A program made the position numbers and the translations under genes. From positions 1-60,871 of the IMG/VR virus record IMGVR_UViG_3300020138_000001: a DNA stretch of 60,871 bases; one strand, 5' to 3'. This stretch comes from a virus. Under the pieces are notes generated by a model. The model was not told the DNA's origin. It saw nothing but the letters and a program-made list of their open reading frames with translations, and ran no database searches. Positions 51,634-59,735 of the stretch are shown here, in pieces; the stretch's first letter is position 1; every line of letters begins with the position of its first letter.

Positions 51634-51785
51634 TGGAATCCGAAACCGAACCGGAGACGGGCGCGGTGCGCATCCGAGACGGGAAGGTCGAAGTGTTCGA
51701 CGGCGAACACTGGGGTCCGTACAAGCCGCTCCCGACGCCGCCCGGCGTGCACATCAAGTGCAGATGCATCAAGCACGGAAAGTAG
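51633..51785 (+). CDS. Small protein (50 aa)
   Basis: Start at MESETEPETG. The longer ORF from 51546 would overlap the membrane peptide. Confidence 0.4.
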   Translation: MESETEPETGAVRIRDGKVEVFDGEHWGPYKPLPTPPGVHIKCRCIKHGK

Positions 51786-51866
51786 AACCTGCCTGCGATA
51801 CTCGGGATTCGTCCCGAGTGTCCAGGGGAGGCGCTACCTCCGATCATCCGACGAAAGGACATTGAC

Positions 51867-52466
51867 ATGGGAACACGAGGATTCATGGGTCTCGTGATCG
51901 ACGGACAGCCGAAGATCGGCTATGTGCACTGGGACTCGCACCCGACAGGGCTCGGCTATAACATGCTCGAAGCTCTGCGGGGGATGCTGCACGACGATGC
52001 CGCCATCGTCCGCACGGAGACGCTTGCGCGGCGGCTCACGGTTGTCCAGAGCGACACGAAGCCGACTGCGGAGCAGATCGAAGCACTGAAGGGGTACGCA
52101 GATACGAACGTGTCTACGAGGTCACTCGACGAGTGGTACGTGCTGCTGCGCCGGACGCACGGTAACCTGATCGACACGCTTCAGGCAGGGTACATCGAAG
52201 ACGCGAGCGACTTCCCGAACAACTCGCTGTTCTGCGAATACGGATACCTCATCGACTTCGACACGAAAGTGTTCGAAGCGTACGAAGGGTTCCAGACGGA
52301 GCCGCACAAGCAAGGGCGGTTCGCCTCCGAACAGGGGCCAGACTACATTCGAGAGCTGGGACATCGCTACTACCCGTGCGCCCGCGTGGGGATGTGGTCG
52401 CTCAACAAGCTGCCGAAGAACGAAGACTTCTTGCAGACGTTCCAGGGATGCGAGGAAGACGAGTGA
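51867..52466 (+). CDS. Hypothetical protein (199 aa)
   Basis: ATG after cgacgaaaggacattgac. Confidence 0.55.
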   Translation: MGTRGFMGLVIDGQPKIGYVHWDSHPTGLGYNMLEALRGMLHDDAAIVRTETLARRLTVVQSDTKPTAEQIEALKGYADTNVSTRSLDEWYVLLRRTHGNLIDTLQAGYIEDASDFPNNSLFCEYGYLIDFDTKVFEAYEGFQTEPHKQGRFASEQGPDYIRELGHRYYPCARVGMWSLNKLPKNEDFLQTFQGCEEDE

Positions 52467-52621
52467 ACACGGCTTACTGGCTCGGGATCATATGGGCGAT
52501 TCTCGCGCTCTTGGCGGTGATCTTCGTGGAAGGACGAAATCAGTTCCTAGTGGCGATGCTGCTAGGCGCATCGATCATCGCGAGCCTGGTGGGCGTCGCG
52601 TTGCAGTACAACCTGATTTAG
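52463..52621 (+). CDS. 52-aa two-TM membrane protein
   Basis: GTGA overlap. VNTAYWLGIIWAILALLAVIF...LLGASIIASLVGVAL. Confidence 0.45.
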   Translation: MNTAYWLGIIWAILALLAVIFVEGRNQFLVAMLLGASIIASLVGVALQYNLI

Positions 52622-52638
52622 AGGGTAGAGGACAGACC

Positions 52639-52755
52639 ATGACCGACGACGAAGAGTACGGAGCAGCTTGCGAGCGCTGCGGGTGTCCGGTGAGCAGCGC
52701 GGAAGCGCTGGAGGACCATCAAAGGCGCTGCGAGCGAAGGAAGAGGCGCAGGTGA
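52639..52755 (+). CDS. 38-aa zinc-ribbon-like peptide
   Basis: MTDDEEYGAACERCGCPVSS...HQRRCE, with ATG after gagggtagagga. Confidence 0.4.
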   Translation: MTDDEEYGAACERCGCPVSSAEALEDHQRRCERRKRRR

Positions 52756-52973
52756 GAAGGCACCGGAAAACAGATCAGAACTCGCTGAAACAGCGCGGGA
52801 TCACCCCGGGCAAGGTCACGAAGGGCAACCGCCACGGGCAGGCGTCCGGAGGATGGACGCCGTTCGGTACGAGCAGCGTTGAGACGAAGCGGATGACACC
52901 GGTCGATGACGTTGAGTATGACGCCTACGACAGGGCGCGGGGCCGCTGGTTCACGAATCGTAGAAGGGGCTGA
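52752..52973 (+). CDS. Small basic protein (73 aa)
   Basis: GTGA overlap with the upstream stop. Confidence 0.4.
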   Translation: MRRHRKTDQNSLKQRGITPGKVTKGNRHGQASGGWTPFGTSSVETKRMTPVDDVEYDAYDRARGRWFTNRRRG

Positions 52974-52974
52974 A

Positions 52975-53190
52975 ATGAGCAGGAATCGCACATTCGTCGT
53001 CTGCTATCAGATCGGTATCGACCGAGGGTACTCGATCCGAAACACAGACGTGACCTTCTCGGGACCGCTCACCACAACACGAGTGAACGAGATTGGCGAC
53101 ATACTCGCAGCCAAGAACGGTACGAGCAGAAGCAACCTCGTAATCATGAACATGTTCGAGATGGAAGAGCTCGACGACCAGGAAACATAG
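52975..53190 (+). CDS. Hypothetical protein (71 aa)
   Basis: ATG 1 nt after the upstream stop. MSRNRTFVVCYQIG... Confidence 0.45.
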   Translation: MSRNRTFVVCYQIGIDRGYSIRNTDVTFSGPLTTTRVNEIGDILAAKNGTSRSNLVIMNMFEMEELDDQET

Positions 53191-53197
53191 AAGCAGG

Positions 53198-53224
53198 CAC
53201 CCCGACCCCGGTAGGGTCGGGGTG
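53198..53224 (+). terminator. Hairpin caccccgaccc-cggta-gggtcggggtg
   Basis: 11-bp perfect stem with a weak U tract. Confidence 0.45.
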
Positions 53225-53227
53225 TCG

Positions 53228-53243
53228 TGCTATTATTTTAATC
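53228..53243 (+). promoter_or_regulatory. Promoter-like box (tgctattattttaatc)
   Basis: AT-rich island immediately after the hairpin. Confidence 0.45.
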
Positions 53244-53273
53244 AACGGAAGACGGACGACAGGACGAATAGAA

Positions 53274-53570
53274 ATGTATGAAGTGTTGTACCAAGCGATC
53301 CCGTGGGCGCTGTCGGCCAACACGATTGCGCTGAACTGGCTTGCAGGAAACCAGCGAAATCTAGGATGGCTGCTGGGAGTCATAGGACAAGTCGTGTGGT
53401 TCATCTTCATTTTCACGTGGCAGGTTTGGGGATTCCTCCCGATGGCTATCGGCCTGTCGATCGTGTACGCGCGCAACCTGATCAAGTGGCGCAATGAACG
53501 GTCGCAGGCGGTCGCTGAAGCGAAAACCGCTGCGTTACACTCCAGAACGAGACGAAAGGACAAGCGATGA
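53274..53570 (+). CDS. Membrane protein (3 TM, Trp-rich; 98 aa)
   Basis: Hydrophobic N-terminal 75 aa and a basic tail. ATG after gacgacaggacgaatagaa. Confidence 0.55.
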   Translation: MYEVLYQAIPWALSANTIALNWLAGNQRNLGWLLGVIGQVVWFIFIFTWQVWGFLPMAIGLSIVYARNLIKWRNERSQAVAEAKTAALHSRTRRKDKR

Positions 53571-54082
53571 AACTGAACTGGGTAACCGACCCGTCGCAGC
53601 AGCACATTCGACGCGCTACGACCGCTGCATACCAATACACGCTGTTCCACCTGACGGACGGGCGAGCACGCGTCGAGATCAAGCATCGAGGAGACCGAGC
53701 CAGCGCGACTCCGATCAAGCGATTCGATTACAAAACGGTCACAGGCGCGGAAGCCGCCGCATCGCGGTTCGAGCAAAAGCATGGTTACCGCGACCCTGCA
53801 CACCACGCTCCGGCGGAGGTGGCACCGTTTCTCAAGCCGCTGCCGTCAGCCGTGCGGACGCTGGTAGACGAATCGCGGAGGAAGACTCGTGCCGCGTCAT
53901 TGGCATTCCGCGTCTCGAAGTCCGAGGCTACGAAGCAGCGGTACGAGCAGTACGACCGAGAATACGTCGAGCTGTGCGCTGCGCTGCTGTGCTGCACAGA
54001 GCACGTCTGTTTCAACCGGACCGAGGTTGGCACCGACCAGTGCGCGGCTCATGGAAACACCAACGAGAACGAGGAGAACTGA
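53567..54082 (+). CDS. Hypothetical protein (171 aa)
   Basis: ATGA overlap with the upstream gene. Confidence 0.5.
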   Translation: MKLNWVTDPSQQHIRRATTAAYQYTLFHLTDGRARVEIKHRGDRASATPIKRFDYKTVTGAEAAASRFEQKHGYRDPAHHAPAEVAPFLKPLPSAVRTLVDESRRKTRAASLAFRVSKSEATKQRYEQYDREYVELCAALLCCTEHVCFNRTEVGTDQCAAHGNTNENEEN

Positions 54083-54083
54083 C

Positions 54084-54218
54084 ATGGGGAAATCACGGAG
54101 CATTGGGTCGCGCCCGACGCCGAAGGACCCGGAGACCGAACGCGTACGCCACACCCTACAGAACCCGTTCGGGAAGAAGTACGGTCCGAACTCGGGGAAG
54201 GACGGCGGAAAGAAGTGA
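54084..54218 (+). CDS. 44-aa basic peptide
   Basis: ATG after gaggag. The ORF is below the track's length cutoff in this frame. Confidence 0.35.
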   Translation: MGKSRSIGSRPTPKDPETERVRHTLQNPFGKKYGPNSGKDGGKK

Positions 54219-54751
54219 TCATCCCTGATCATCACATCCGCAAGGCTCAAGCTGACCTGAACATCATCGAACCGTTTGTTTCTGAGCACGTGCAGCCTGC
54301 GAGCGTTGACCTGACGCTCAGCGCGGATGTGCAGCGCTTCGGACAGCCGGATCAGGTTCAGGAGATTGGTCCTCCGCTCCGACAGCCTCAAGTGGGAACG
54401 GTCGGTCAGGGAGTCATCTTGCCGGGTCAGTTCCTCCTAGGAAGTACGCGTGAGAAGATCACGATGCCTGCGGATATGGTGGGTCAGATCAACGGGCGAT
54501 CCTCGTGGGCACGGCTCGGACTGATAGTCGAGAACGCCGGGTTCATCGACCCCGGCTTTTCCGGAACGATCACTCTGGAGCTGAAGAACGTTGGGCACCA
54601 GCCGATCAAGCTTCGCGCCGGTGACCGGATCTGTCAGCTTGTGCTGAGCGTTATGACCGGGCGAGCTGAGCGCCCCTACGGGTCTCCAGGGCTCGGCAGC
54701 TCCTACCAAGGACAGGAAGGGCCCACGCTCAGCACGATCGACAGCGCATAG
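54215..54751 (+). CDS. dcd: dCTP deaminase (dUTPase-superfamily)
   Basis: GRSSWARLGLIVENAGFIDPGFSGTITLEL is the typical dCTP deaminase core. GTGA overlap start. Confidence 0.8.
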   Translation: MIIPDHHIRKAQADLNIIEPFVSEHVQPASVDLTLSADVQRFGQPDQVQEIGPPLRQPQVGTVGQGVILPGQFLLGSTREKITMPADMVGQINGRSSWARLGLIVENAGFIDPGFSGTITLELKNVGHQPIKLRAGDRICQLVLSVMTGRAERPYGSPGLGSSYQGQEGPTLSTIDSA

Positions 54752-54786
54752 CCGTTTAGCTGGGAAAACACTGAATAAAGCAATTA

Positions 54787-54811
54787 GGAGGGGCCCCCTT
54801 GCGGGGCCCCT
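54787..54811 (+). terminator. Hairpin gaggggcccc-cttgc-ggggcccctc
   Basis: 10-bp perfect stem with no U tract. Confidence 0.45.
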
Positions 54812-54818
54812 CTGGCGT

Positions 54819-54836
54819 GTGCTAAATTTATTTCAT
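54819..54836 (+). promoter_or_regulatory. Promoter-like box (tgctaaatttatttcatc)
   Basis: AT-rich island after the hairpin and before leader gacgacgacagacgataggacgaacg. Confidence 0.45.
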
Positions 54837-54867
54837 CGCAAGACGACGACAGACGATAGGACGAACG

Positions 54868-55584
54868 ATGATTGACTTTTCCGCTCTTGACCGCAACGAA
54901 ATCCGCTACGAACTCTCCTCCATCATCGGGGACGCCGAACTCTCGGAGGAAGCACGCGAGCAGCTTGTGACGCTCGTGGAGCACCGAAGCGACATCACGG
55001 AGGACGAGTTCTGGAAGATGGTGGAGCAGGCCACCACCTCCGAAGAGACCGACAGCATGGCGGAAGAGCTTTCCGGGATGACCGTGAAAGAGCTGCGCAG
55101 CATCGCCAAGGAAATCGCGAAGGCGAACAACGGGGTCGAAATCCGTGGTTACACGACCATGCGGAAGGCCGAGCTGGTTTCGCTGCTGACTAGGACGATC
55201 GACGACGTGCGGTACTTCACCAGCCTGGAGCTGGAGAGGATCGAGCGCAACGCCGAAGAGGCGGAGCTGACCGAGATCAAGGCGGAGATCGAAGCCGAAG
55301 CCGCGTACATCGAAGAGGGCGTGGAGCGCGACGAGTCGGCCACCGACCCGGAACTCACGGCCGTGATCATCAACCGCACAGGCGGGAAGAGCGCGCACGG
55401 CACCCTCTACGACGGCACGCGCGAGCGGTACGGATCGATCAAGCGTGAGGGCCGGTTCTGGGTTCTCCGTGACCTGACGGATGGAAAGCTCACTCAGGTC
55501 AAGGCCACCACGCTCATCAAGCTCGCGAAGCAGTGGGCGTGCAGCGTCGACGTTTGGGCGGAAGACATCCAGGTGTACCGCTGA
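54868..55584 (+). CDS. Hypothetical acidic protein with a Rho_N/SAP-like helix-extended-helix motif
   Basis: MTVKELRSIAKEIAKANNGVEIRGYTTMRKAELVSLL; 238 aa. Confidence 0.5.
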   Translation: MIDFSALDRNEIRYELSSIIGDAELSEEAREQLVTLVEHRSDITEDEFWKMVEQATTSEETDSMAEELSGMTVKELRSIAKEIAKANNGVEIRGYTTMRKAELVSLLTRTIDDVRYFTSLELERIERNAEEAELTEIKAEIEAEAAYIEEGVERDESATDPELTAVIINRTGGKSAHGTLYDGTRERYGSIKREGRFWVLRDLTDGKLTQVKATTLIKLAKQWACSVDVWAEDIQVYR

Positions 55585-55590
55585 GGTTCA

Positions 55591-55616
55591 GGGGGCAGAG
55601 TTAGGGCTCTGCCCCC
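55591..55616 (+). terminator. Hairpin gggggcagag-N6-ctctgccccc
   Basis: 10-bp perfect stem with no U tract. Confidence 0.4.
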
Positions 55617-55640
55617 ACCTGAGAGAATGGAAGAGAATAC

Positions 55641-55826
55641 ATGGTCGAACCGATGGCCGCAGTGATAGCAGCGGCGATAGCATCGACAGGGATGGCTCCG
55701 CTTGCTGCGGTATATATCGGCAGCAACATGCACGAGCCTCCGCAGACCGGGGGCCCGGCCCCGGAGTGCATCGATGATGACGACGACACGACAACCCTCA
55801 TCCGCATCACTGACAACGAACACTAG
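55641..55826 (+). CDS. Small membrane-anchored acidic protein (61 aa)
   Basis: N-terminal hydrophobic helix MVEPMAAVIAAAIASTGMAPLAAVYIG and a DDDDD tail. Confidence 0.45.
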   Translation: MVEPMAAVIAAAIASTGMAPLAAVYIGSNMHEPPQTGGPAPECIDDDDDTTTLIRITDNEH

Positions 55827-55846
55827 AACAGACGAAAGGATACGAA

Positions 55847-56152
55847 ATGCCTAGGCTCATCCCCGTTTACGAGGTTAACGACCTGCTCACTGCTGACCAG
55901 GCCGCTGACCACTTCGGGTACTCTCGAGACTACTTCCGGTCCATGCTCCAGATCAACGACAAGGCAGCGGATGCGAAGCTCATCCGACTCAAGATCGATA
56001 CGGACGAGACGTGGAGGAAAGCCAATCGGAGCCGAGCGAAGTACGTCTTCAACTTCGGAGACCTGTGCGACTGGTACAGAAAGCGGCAGCGACGGCCAGA
56101 AGTGCAGGTCAAGAAGTGGGCACGACGGCACACGCCGAGCCCTCTCGTCTAG
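55847..56152 (+). CDS. HTH DNA-binding protein; candidate small terminase by position
   Basis: 101 aa, directly upstream of the large terminase. N-terminal excisionase/MerR-like helix (LLTADQAADHFGYSRDYF). Confidence 0.4.
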   Translation: MPRLIPVYEVNDLLTADQAADHFGYSRDYFRSMLQINDKAADAKLIRLKIDTDETWRKANRSRAKYVFNFGDLCDWYRKRQRRPEVQVKKWARRHTPSPLV

Positions 56153-56161
56153 GGCGTAGTG

Positions 56162-56188
56162 AACGGCCGCCTTCGGGCGGCCGTTTTC
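56162..56188 (+). terminator. Rho-independent terminator
   Basis: aacggccgcc-ttcg-ggcggccgtt followed by ttcg. Confidence 0.75.
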
Positions 56189-56189
56189 G

Positions 56190-56195
56190 TATACT
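56190..56195 (+). promoter_or_regulatory. -10-like TATACT placed 6 nt before the terminase ATG (leaderless candidate)
   Basis: tatact-gatcac-ATG, with no SD-like element in between. Confidence 0.4.
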
Positions 56196-56201
56196 GATCA
56201 C

Positions 56202-57749
56202 ATGTCCACGACTCCGAACCTTGCCGACGAGATCATAGCGGCGCTCGAAGATGCTGAGCGTTCGAAGATCGATTACGCGGCCGACCCGGTTCGGTGGGCC
56301 ACAGAGGAAGCGGATGTTCACCTGTGGTCGAAACAGCGTGAGGTCATTGAAAGCGTCCGAGACAACAGCCGAACCGCAGTGCACTCGTGCCACAACGTCG
56401 GAAAAACGTTCACCGCAGCGGTAACAGCGGCCTGGTGGATTGCTGCGCACAAGCCAGGAGAGGCGTTCGTGCTCTCCACGGCACCGACAGCGCCCCAGGT
56501 GAAAGCTCTCCTGTGGAGAGAAATCGGACGGCTGCACGGACGTGCAGGGCTCTTCGGTCGAGTGAACTTGACAGAGTGGTACATCCCCAATGAGGCGGGC
56601 GGGGAAGAGCTTGTGGCTTTCGGCCGGACCACGTCGAAGGACAATGAGGCGGCGTTCCAGGGTGTGCACTCGAAGTACGTGCTTGTGATCCTTGATGAGG
56701 CTTCTGGCGTCGATACAAAAATCTGGGAAGCCGCCGAATCGATCGCATCGAACCGGCTTTCGCGTATCCTCGCGATCGGGAACCCTGACCTTCCGCACTC
56801 ACCTCTTGCGACGGCGTGCAAGGTCGACAGTCCGTACAACGTCATCCACATTGGCATTGAGCACGCTCCGGCAGTGACCGGTGAGTCGGTGCCTGATGAG
56901 CTGTTGGATTATCTGATCTCGCCCGAGTGGGCAGAGGATCGTCGTACGGAGTGGGGCGAAGAATCGGCGCTCTATCAGGCGAAAGTCTTGGGGCAGTTTC
57001 CAACCGGCGCAGCGGACCCGTGGCGAGTGATCTCGGAGGTACACGCTGCTGCTTGCCGGTACATTGAGCCCGCCTACGATGCCGACGCCGTTCGCGTTGG
57101 AGGACTTGACGTCGGTGCCGGAGGTGACCGAACGGTACTGGTCGAGCGTGTGAATGACGCCGTAGGACGAATCGAAACGTTCACTGAGCGTGATCCGGAA
57201 GCAGCATCTGAACAGCTCTCTCAGGTGATTCGCCGATGGGGACTGACTCGCGTCAACGTCGACACGATCGGTGTCGGTTGGGGTCTCGCCGGACTGCTGC
57301 GTAAGACGCTCAAATCAGACGGCGTTGCGGTCGAAGGCGTGAACTTCGCACGGAAGTCGAACTTCCCGAAACGCTTCGTGAACATTCGAGCGGAAGCGTG
57401 GTGGCATGGCCGCGAGTTGTCGCGGGACCGCGCATGGTCGCTCGCGAAGCTGGATGACGACGCTATTGCAGAGTTGACGATGCCGCGCTACATCGAGAAA
57501 AATGGACGCATCTTGGTTGAACCGAAAGACGACGTCAAAGAGCGGCTAGGACGATCGCCCGACATTGCTGACGCCGTGCTGCTCGCGTTTTTCGATGGGA
57601 TCTGGGTTCCCCCGGTCACGGACTCGCGAGACGCGTTCAACGCTGCCGACCTCACTGGCGGCTCTCGACTCGGCGCGGATTCGATCTTCCCGAATTCGTT
57701 CATCCCCGGAATGCCTTCAGGCGTTCCCACGAAGCTCATACGGACATGA
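56202..57749 (+). CDS. Terminase large subunit
   Basis: 515 aa. Walker A-like CHNVGKT, ATPase plus nuclease architecture, and a position upstream of the lysis and portal genes. Confidence 0.8.
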   Translation: MSTTPNLADEIIAALEDAERSKIDYAADPVRWATEEADVHLWSKQREVIESVRDNSRTAVHSCHNVGKTFTAAVTAAWWIAAHKPGEAFVLSTAPTAPQVKALLWREIGRLHGRAGLFGRVNLTEWYIPNEAGGEELVAFGRTTSKDNEAAFQGVHSKYVLVILDEASGVDTKIWEAAESIASNRLSRILAIGNPDLPHSPLATACKVDSPYNVIHIGIEHAPAVTGESVPDELLDYLISPEWAEDRRTEWGEESALYQAKVLGQFPTGAADPWRVISEVHAAACRYIEPAYDADAVRVGGLDVGAGGDRTVLVERVNDAVGRIETFTERDPEAASEQLSQVIRRWGLTRVNVDTIGVGWGLAGLLRKTLKSDGVAVEGVNFARKSNFPKRFVNIRAEAWWHGRELSRDRAWSLAKLDDDAIAELTMPRYIEKNGRILVEPKDDVKERLGRSPDIADAVLLAFFDGIWVPPVTDSRDAFNAADLTGGSRLGADSIFPNSFIPGMPSGVPTKLIRT

Positions 57750-57780
57750 GCCCGGCCCCCTTCGGGGTCCGGGCTCATGC
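57745..57780. terminator. Bidirectional terminator between the terminase gene and convergent gene 57790..57981
   Basis: catgagcccggccccc-ttcg-ggggtccgggctcatg, pairing 15/16. Confidence 0.65.
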
Positions 57781-57789
57781 CTAGTACCG

Positions 57790-57981
57790 CTAGTACAGCG
57801 AAATGAAGATCTCAGGAACGAGAACGCCGGGCCGGTCGGACAGCTCGACGAGTCGCGTGTTCAGGCGCTCAGCGAGGTACCGCGCCTGACGCTCCCACCA
57901 AGCCGCGAGCTTCGAGTCGGAGTGTCGGGCGATGTTCCGGCGAGTGGTGGCGATGTGGAGGTCGTTGATAAGAGCAGTCAT
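57790..57981 (-). CDS. Hypothetical protein (63 aa)
   Basis: ATG after acgacgacagacgaaggatagatc. Confidence 0.5.
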   Translation of the reverse strand: MTALINDLHIATTRRNIARHSDSKLAAWWERQARYLAERLNTRLVELSDRPGVLVPEIFISLY

Positions 57982-58107
57982 GATCTATCCTTCGTCTGTC
58001 GTCGTGCTTTCTGGGCTCAATACTAGTAGAGTTCCAGGTCATGAGCCATACCGAATTATACAATAACGCGGTAAATATTTTGTACGAAGATGACAAGGAT
58101 GATCAGG

Positions 58108-58440
58108 ATGCCGAAGGATAGGCTTGAGAGCATGACGAAGGGACGAGAGATGATCCGATGGACAGCCAAGGTCTACACCAACAACATCACCGGTGCGCAG
58201 CGTCGAACCTGGCGGAAGACGATCGAAACAGACGACGGGAGCAGGGTGCACTGCGAGGTGTACGAGCTGGGCGGCGTTTACTACTGGTCCGCTAACTGCT
58301 TGATCTTCGGCCGACCCGACGTTTCCCGGCTGGCGTGGGGGACCTTCGCGGTTACCCCTAGCAGTCTCGGATACGCTAAAGCACGAGCGACGACCATCGC
58401 CCATCAAGCGCTCAAATCTCCCAAGCCGGTCAATCACTGA
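58108..58440 (+). CDS. Hypothetical protein (110 aa)
   Basis: Start chosen at MPKDRLE. The two upstream in-frame ATGs (58090, 58099) lie within the aaggatgatcagg leader. Confidence 0.5.
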   Translation: MPKDRLESMTKGREMIRWTAKVYTNNITGAQRRTWRKTIETDDGSRVHCEVYELGGVYYWSANCLIFGRPDVSRLAWGTFAVTPSSLGYAKARATTIAHQALKSPKPVNH

Positions 58441-58454
58441 GCAGCACCCGCCGG

Positions 58455-58489
58455 AACCACGATCACTCCGTGATCGTGGTTTCGTGTTT
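58455..58489 (+). terminator. Rho-independent terminator
   Basis: aaccacgatcac-tcc-gtgatcgtggtt followed by tcgtgttt. Confidence 0.75.
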
Positions 58490-58502
58490 GAACGCGGGTT
58501 CT

Positions 58503-58519
58503 AATTATTATGTTATATT
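58503..58519 (+). promoter_or_regulatory. Promoter-like box (taattattatgttatatt), with TATATT 6 nt before the ATG (leaderless candidate)
   Basis: tatatt-cgttga-ATG has the same geometry as the terminase start. Confidence 0.45.
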
Positions 58520-58525
58520 CGTTGA

Positions 58526-58759
58526 ATGAACGAAGAGATTGCGCACCGGTTCGCTTACCATCCGCCGAAGAACGAAGCGATGATCAAAGCACACGAGAGC
58601 GTGCGGGCCCTCCTAGGAGACGTCGCACAGGCGCTGGATGAGCTGCTACCCGACGACCGCCCCAGGGAGAAGGCACGGGTTCAGACGAACTTGGAAGACG
58701 CGATGATGAACGCGAACGCGGCAATCGCTCGAAGCCGGGAAGGGATCGACCATGTCTAG
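58526..58759 (+). CDS. Hypothetical protein (77 aa), first gene of the lysis-region operon
   Basis: HRFAYHPP...NANAAIA helical protein. No function assigned. Confidence 0.5.
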   Translation: MNEEIAHRFAYHPPKNEAMIKAHESVRALLGDVAQALDELLPDDRPREKARVQTNLEDAMMNANAAIARSREGIDHV

Positions 58760-59453
58760 CTGGAGACTGGCGAAGAGCATCCAACGCCTGAAAGACGAGA
58801 TCGAATCGAAACATCGAGGCACTACATTTTGGACGATCGGAGACGAAGCACACCAATCTACCTGGTCGGACCACAATCCGAGTGAGTGCTGTGACGTAGT
58901 GTGCGCGGGCGACGTCAAGGGCAATGGTGGCCTGAACCTATCAAACTTCGTGAATCACCTGATTACGAAACCACATCCGAACTTGCGGTATGTCATCTAC
59001 AACCGCAAGATCTATCAGCGTAAGAACGGATGGCGGGCAGAGAACTACAACGGGCGGAACGCACACGCTGACCACGTCCATGTGTCCGTGGGCAACGGTC
59101 CGGACGGCCGGAGCACCAGCAACTACGACAGCACTGCGTCGTGGGGGATCGCAGACATCAGCTCGAACCCGCCTCCCAAGCCATCAGTACCCGCATCGAA
59201 CTGGACTCAGGAAGTGATCATGGCGCTACCAACACTGCGCGAAGGCGCGAAGGGTGCGGACGTCGGACGTCTGCAAGGACTGCTCGTTGCGAACGGCTAT
59301 AAGGATTCAGCGATCGATCATATTTTCGGATCGAAAACCGACAAGGCACTACGTCGATTCCAGAAGGACAAAAAAGTACGCAACTCTGTAACGAAGGGAA
59401 ACGGCGACGGAATCGCCGGTCGCTATAGCTGGACGGCGTTGCTAGGCGAATAG
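58752..59453 (+). CDS. Endolysin: M15-type zinc peptidase domain plus a PG_binding_1 domain
   Basis: HQSTWSDH...AHADHVHVS (H..D/HxH zinc ligands) and C-terminal LREGAKGADVGRLQGLLVANGY...KTDKALRRFQ. Confidence 0.75.
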   Translation: MSSWRLAKSIQRLKDEIESKHRGTTFWTIGDEAHQSTWSDHNPSECCDVVCAGDVKGNGGLNLSNFVNHLITKPHPNLRYVIYNRKIYQRKNGWRAENYNGRNAHADHVHVSVGNGPDGRSTSNYDSTASWGIADISSNPPPKPSVPASNWTQEVIMALPTLREGAKGADVGRLQGLLVANGYKDSAIDHIFGSKTDKALRRFQKDKKVRNSVTKGNGDGIAGRYSWTALLGE

Positions 59454-59456
59454 CCC

Positions 59457-59735
59457 ATGCCTGAGATCAGTCCGGAGTGGTGGACGGCCATAGGAATCCT
59501 CGTGACGCTGTTGTTCAGCGGTATCGTGGGGAAAGTCTGGAAACCGATGCGGAAAACCGTCAACGCCGTGGACGTACTCACCGGTCGGCCACCTCGTTAT
59601 CCCGGAGACCCTGAAGAGCGGCCGGGACTCGTTGAACGGTTGGATCGAATCGATACGAGCATCGCAGAGCTGAGAAACGGGCTCAATGAGGTGCGAACAG
59701 AAGTGTCTAAGCTCGAAGGAGGGTGTGGAGAATGA
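59457..59735 (+). CDS. Membrane-anchored coiled-coil protein (lysis accessory or holin-like)
   Basis: One N-terminal TM (WWTAIGILVTLLFSGIVG) and a C-terminal coiled coil. Confidence 0.5.
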   Translation: MPEISPEWWTAIGILVTLLFSGIVGKVWKPMRKTVNAVDVLTGRPPRYPGDPEERPGLVERLDRIDTSIAELRNGLNEVRTEVSKLEGGCGE

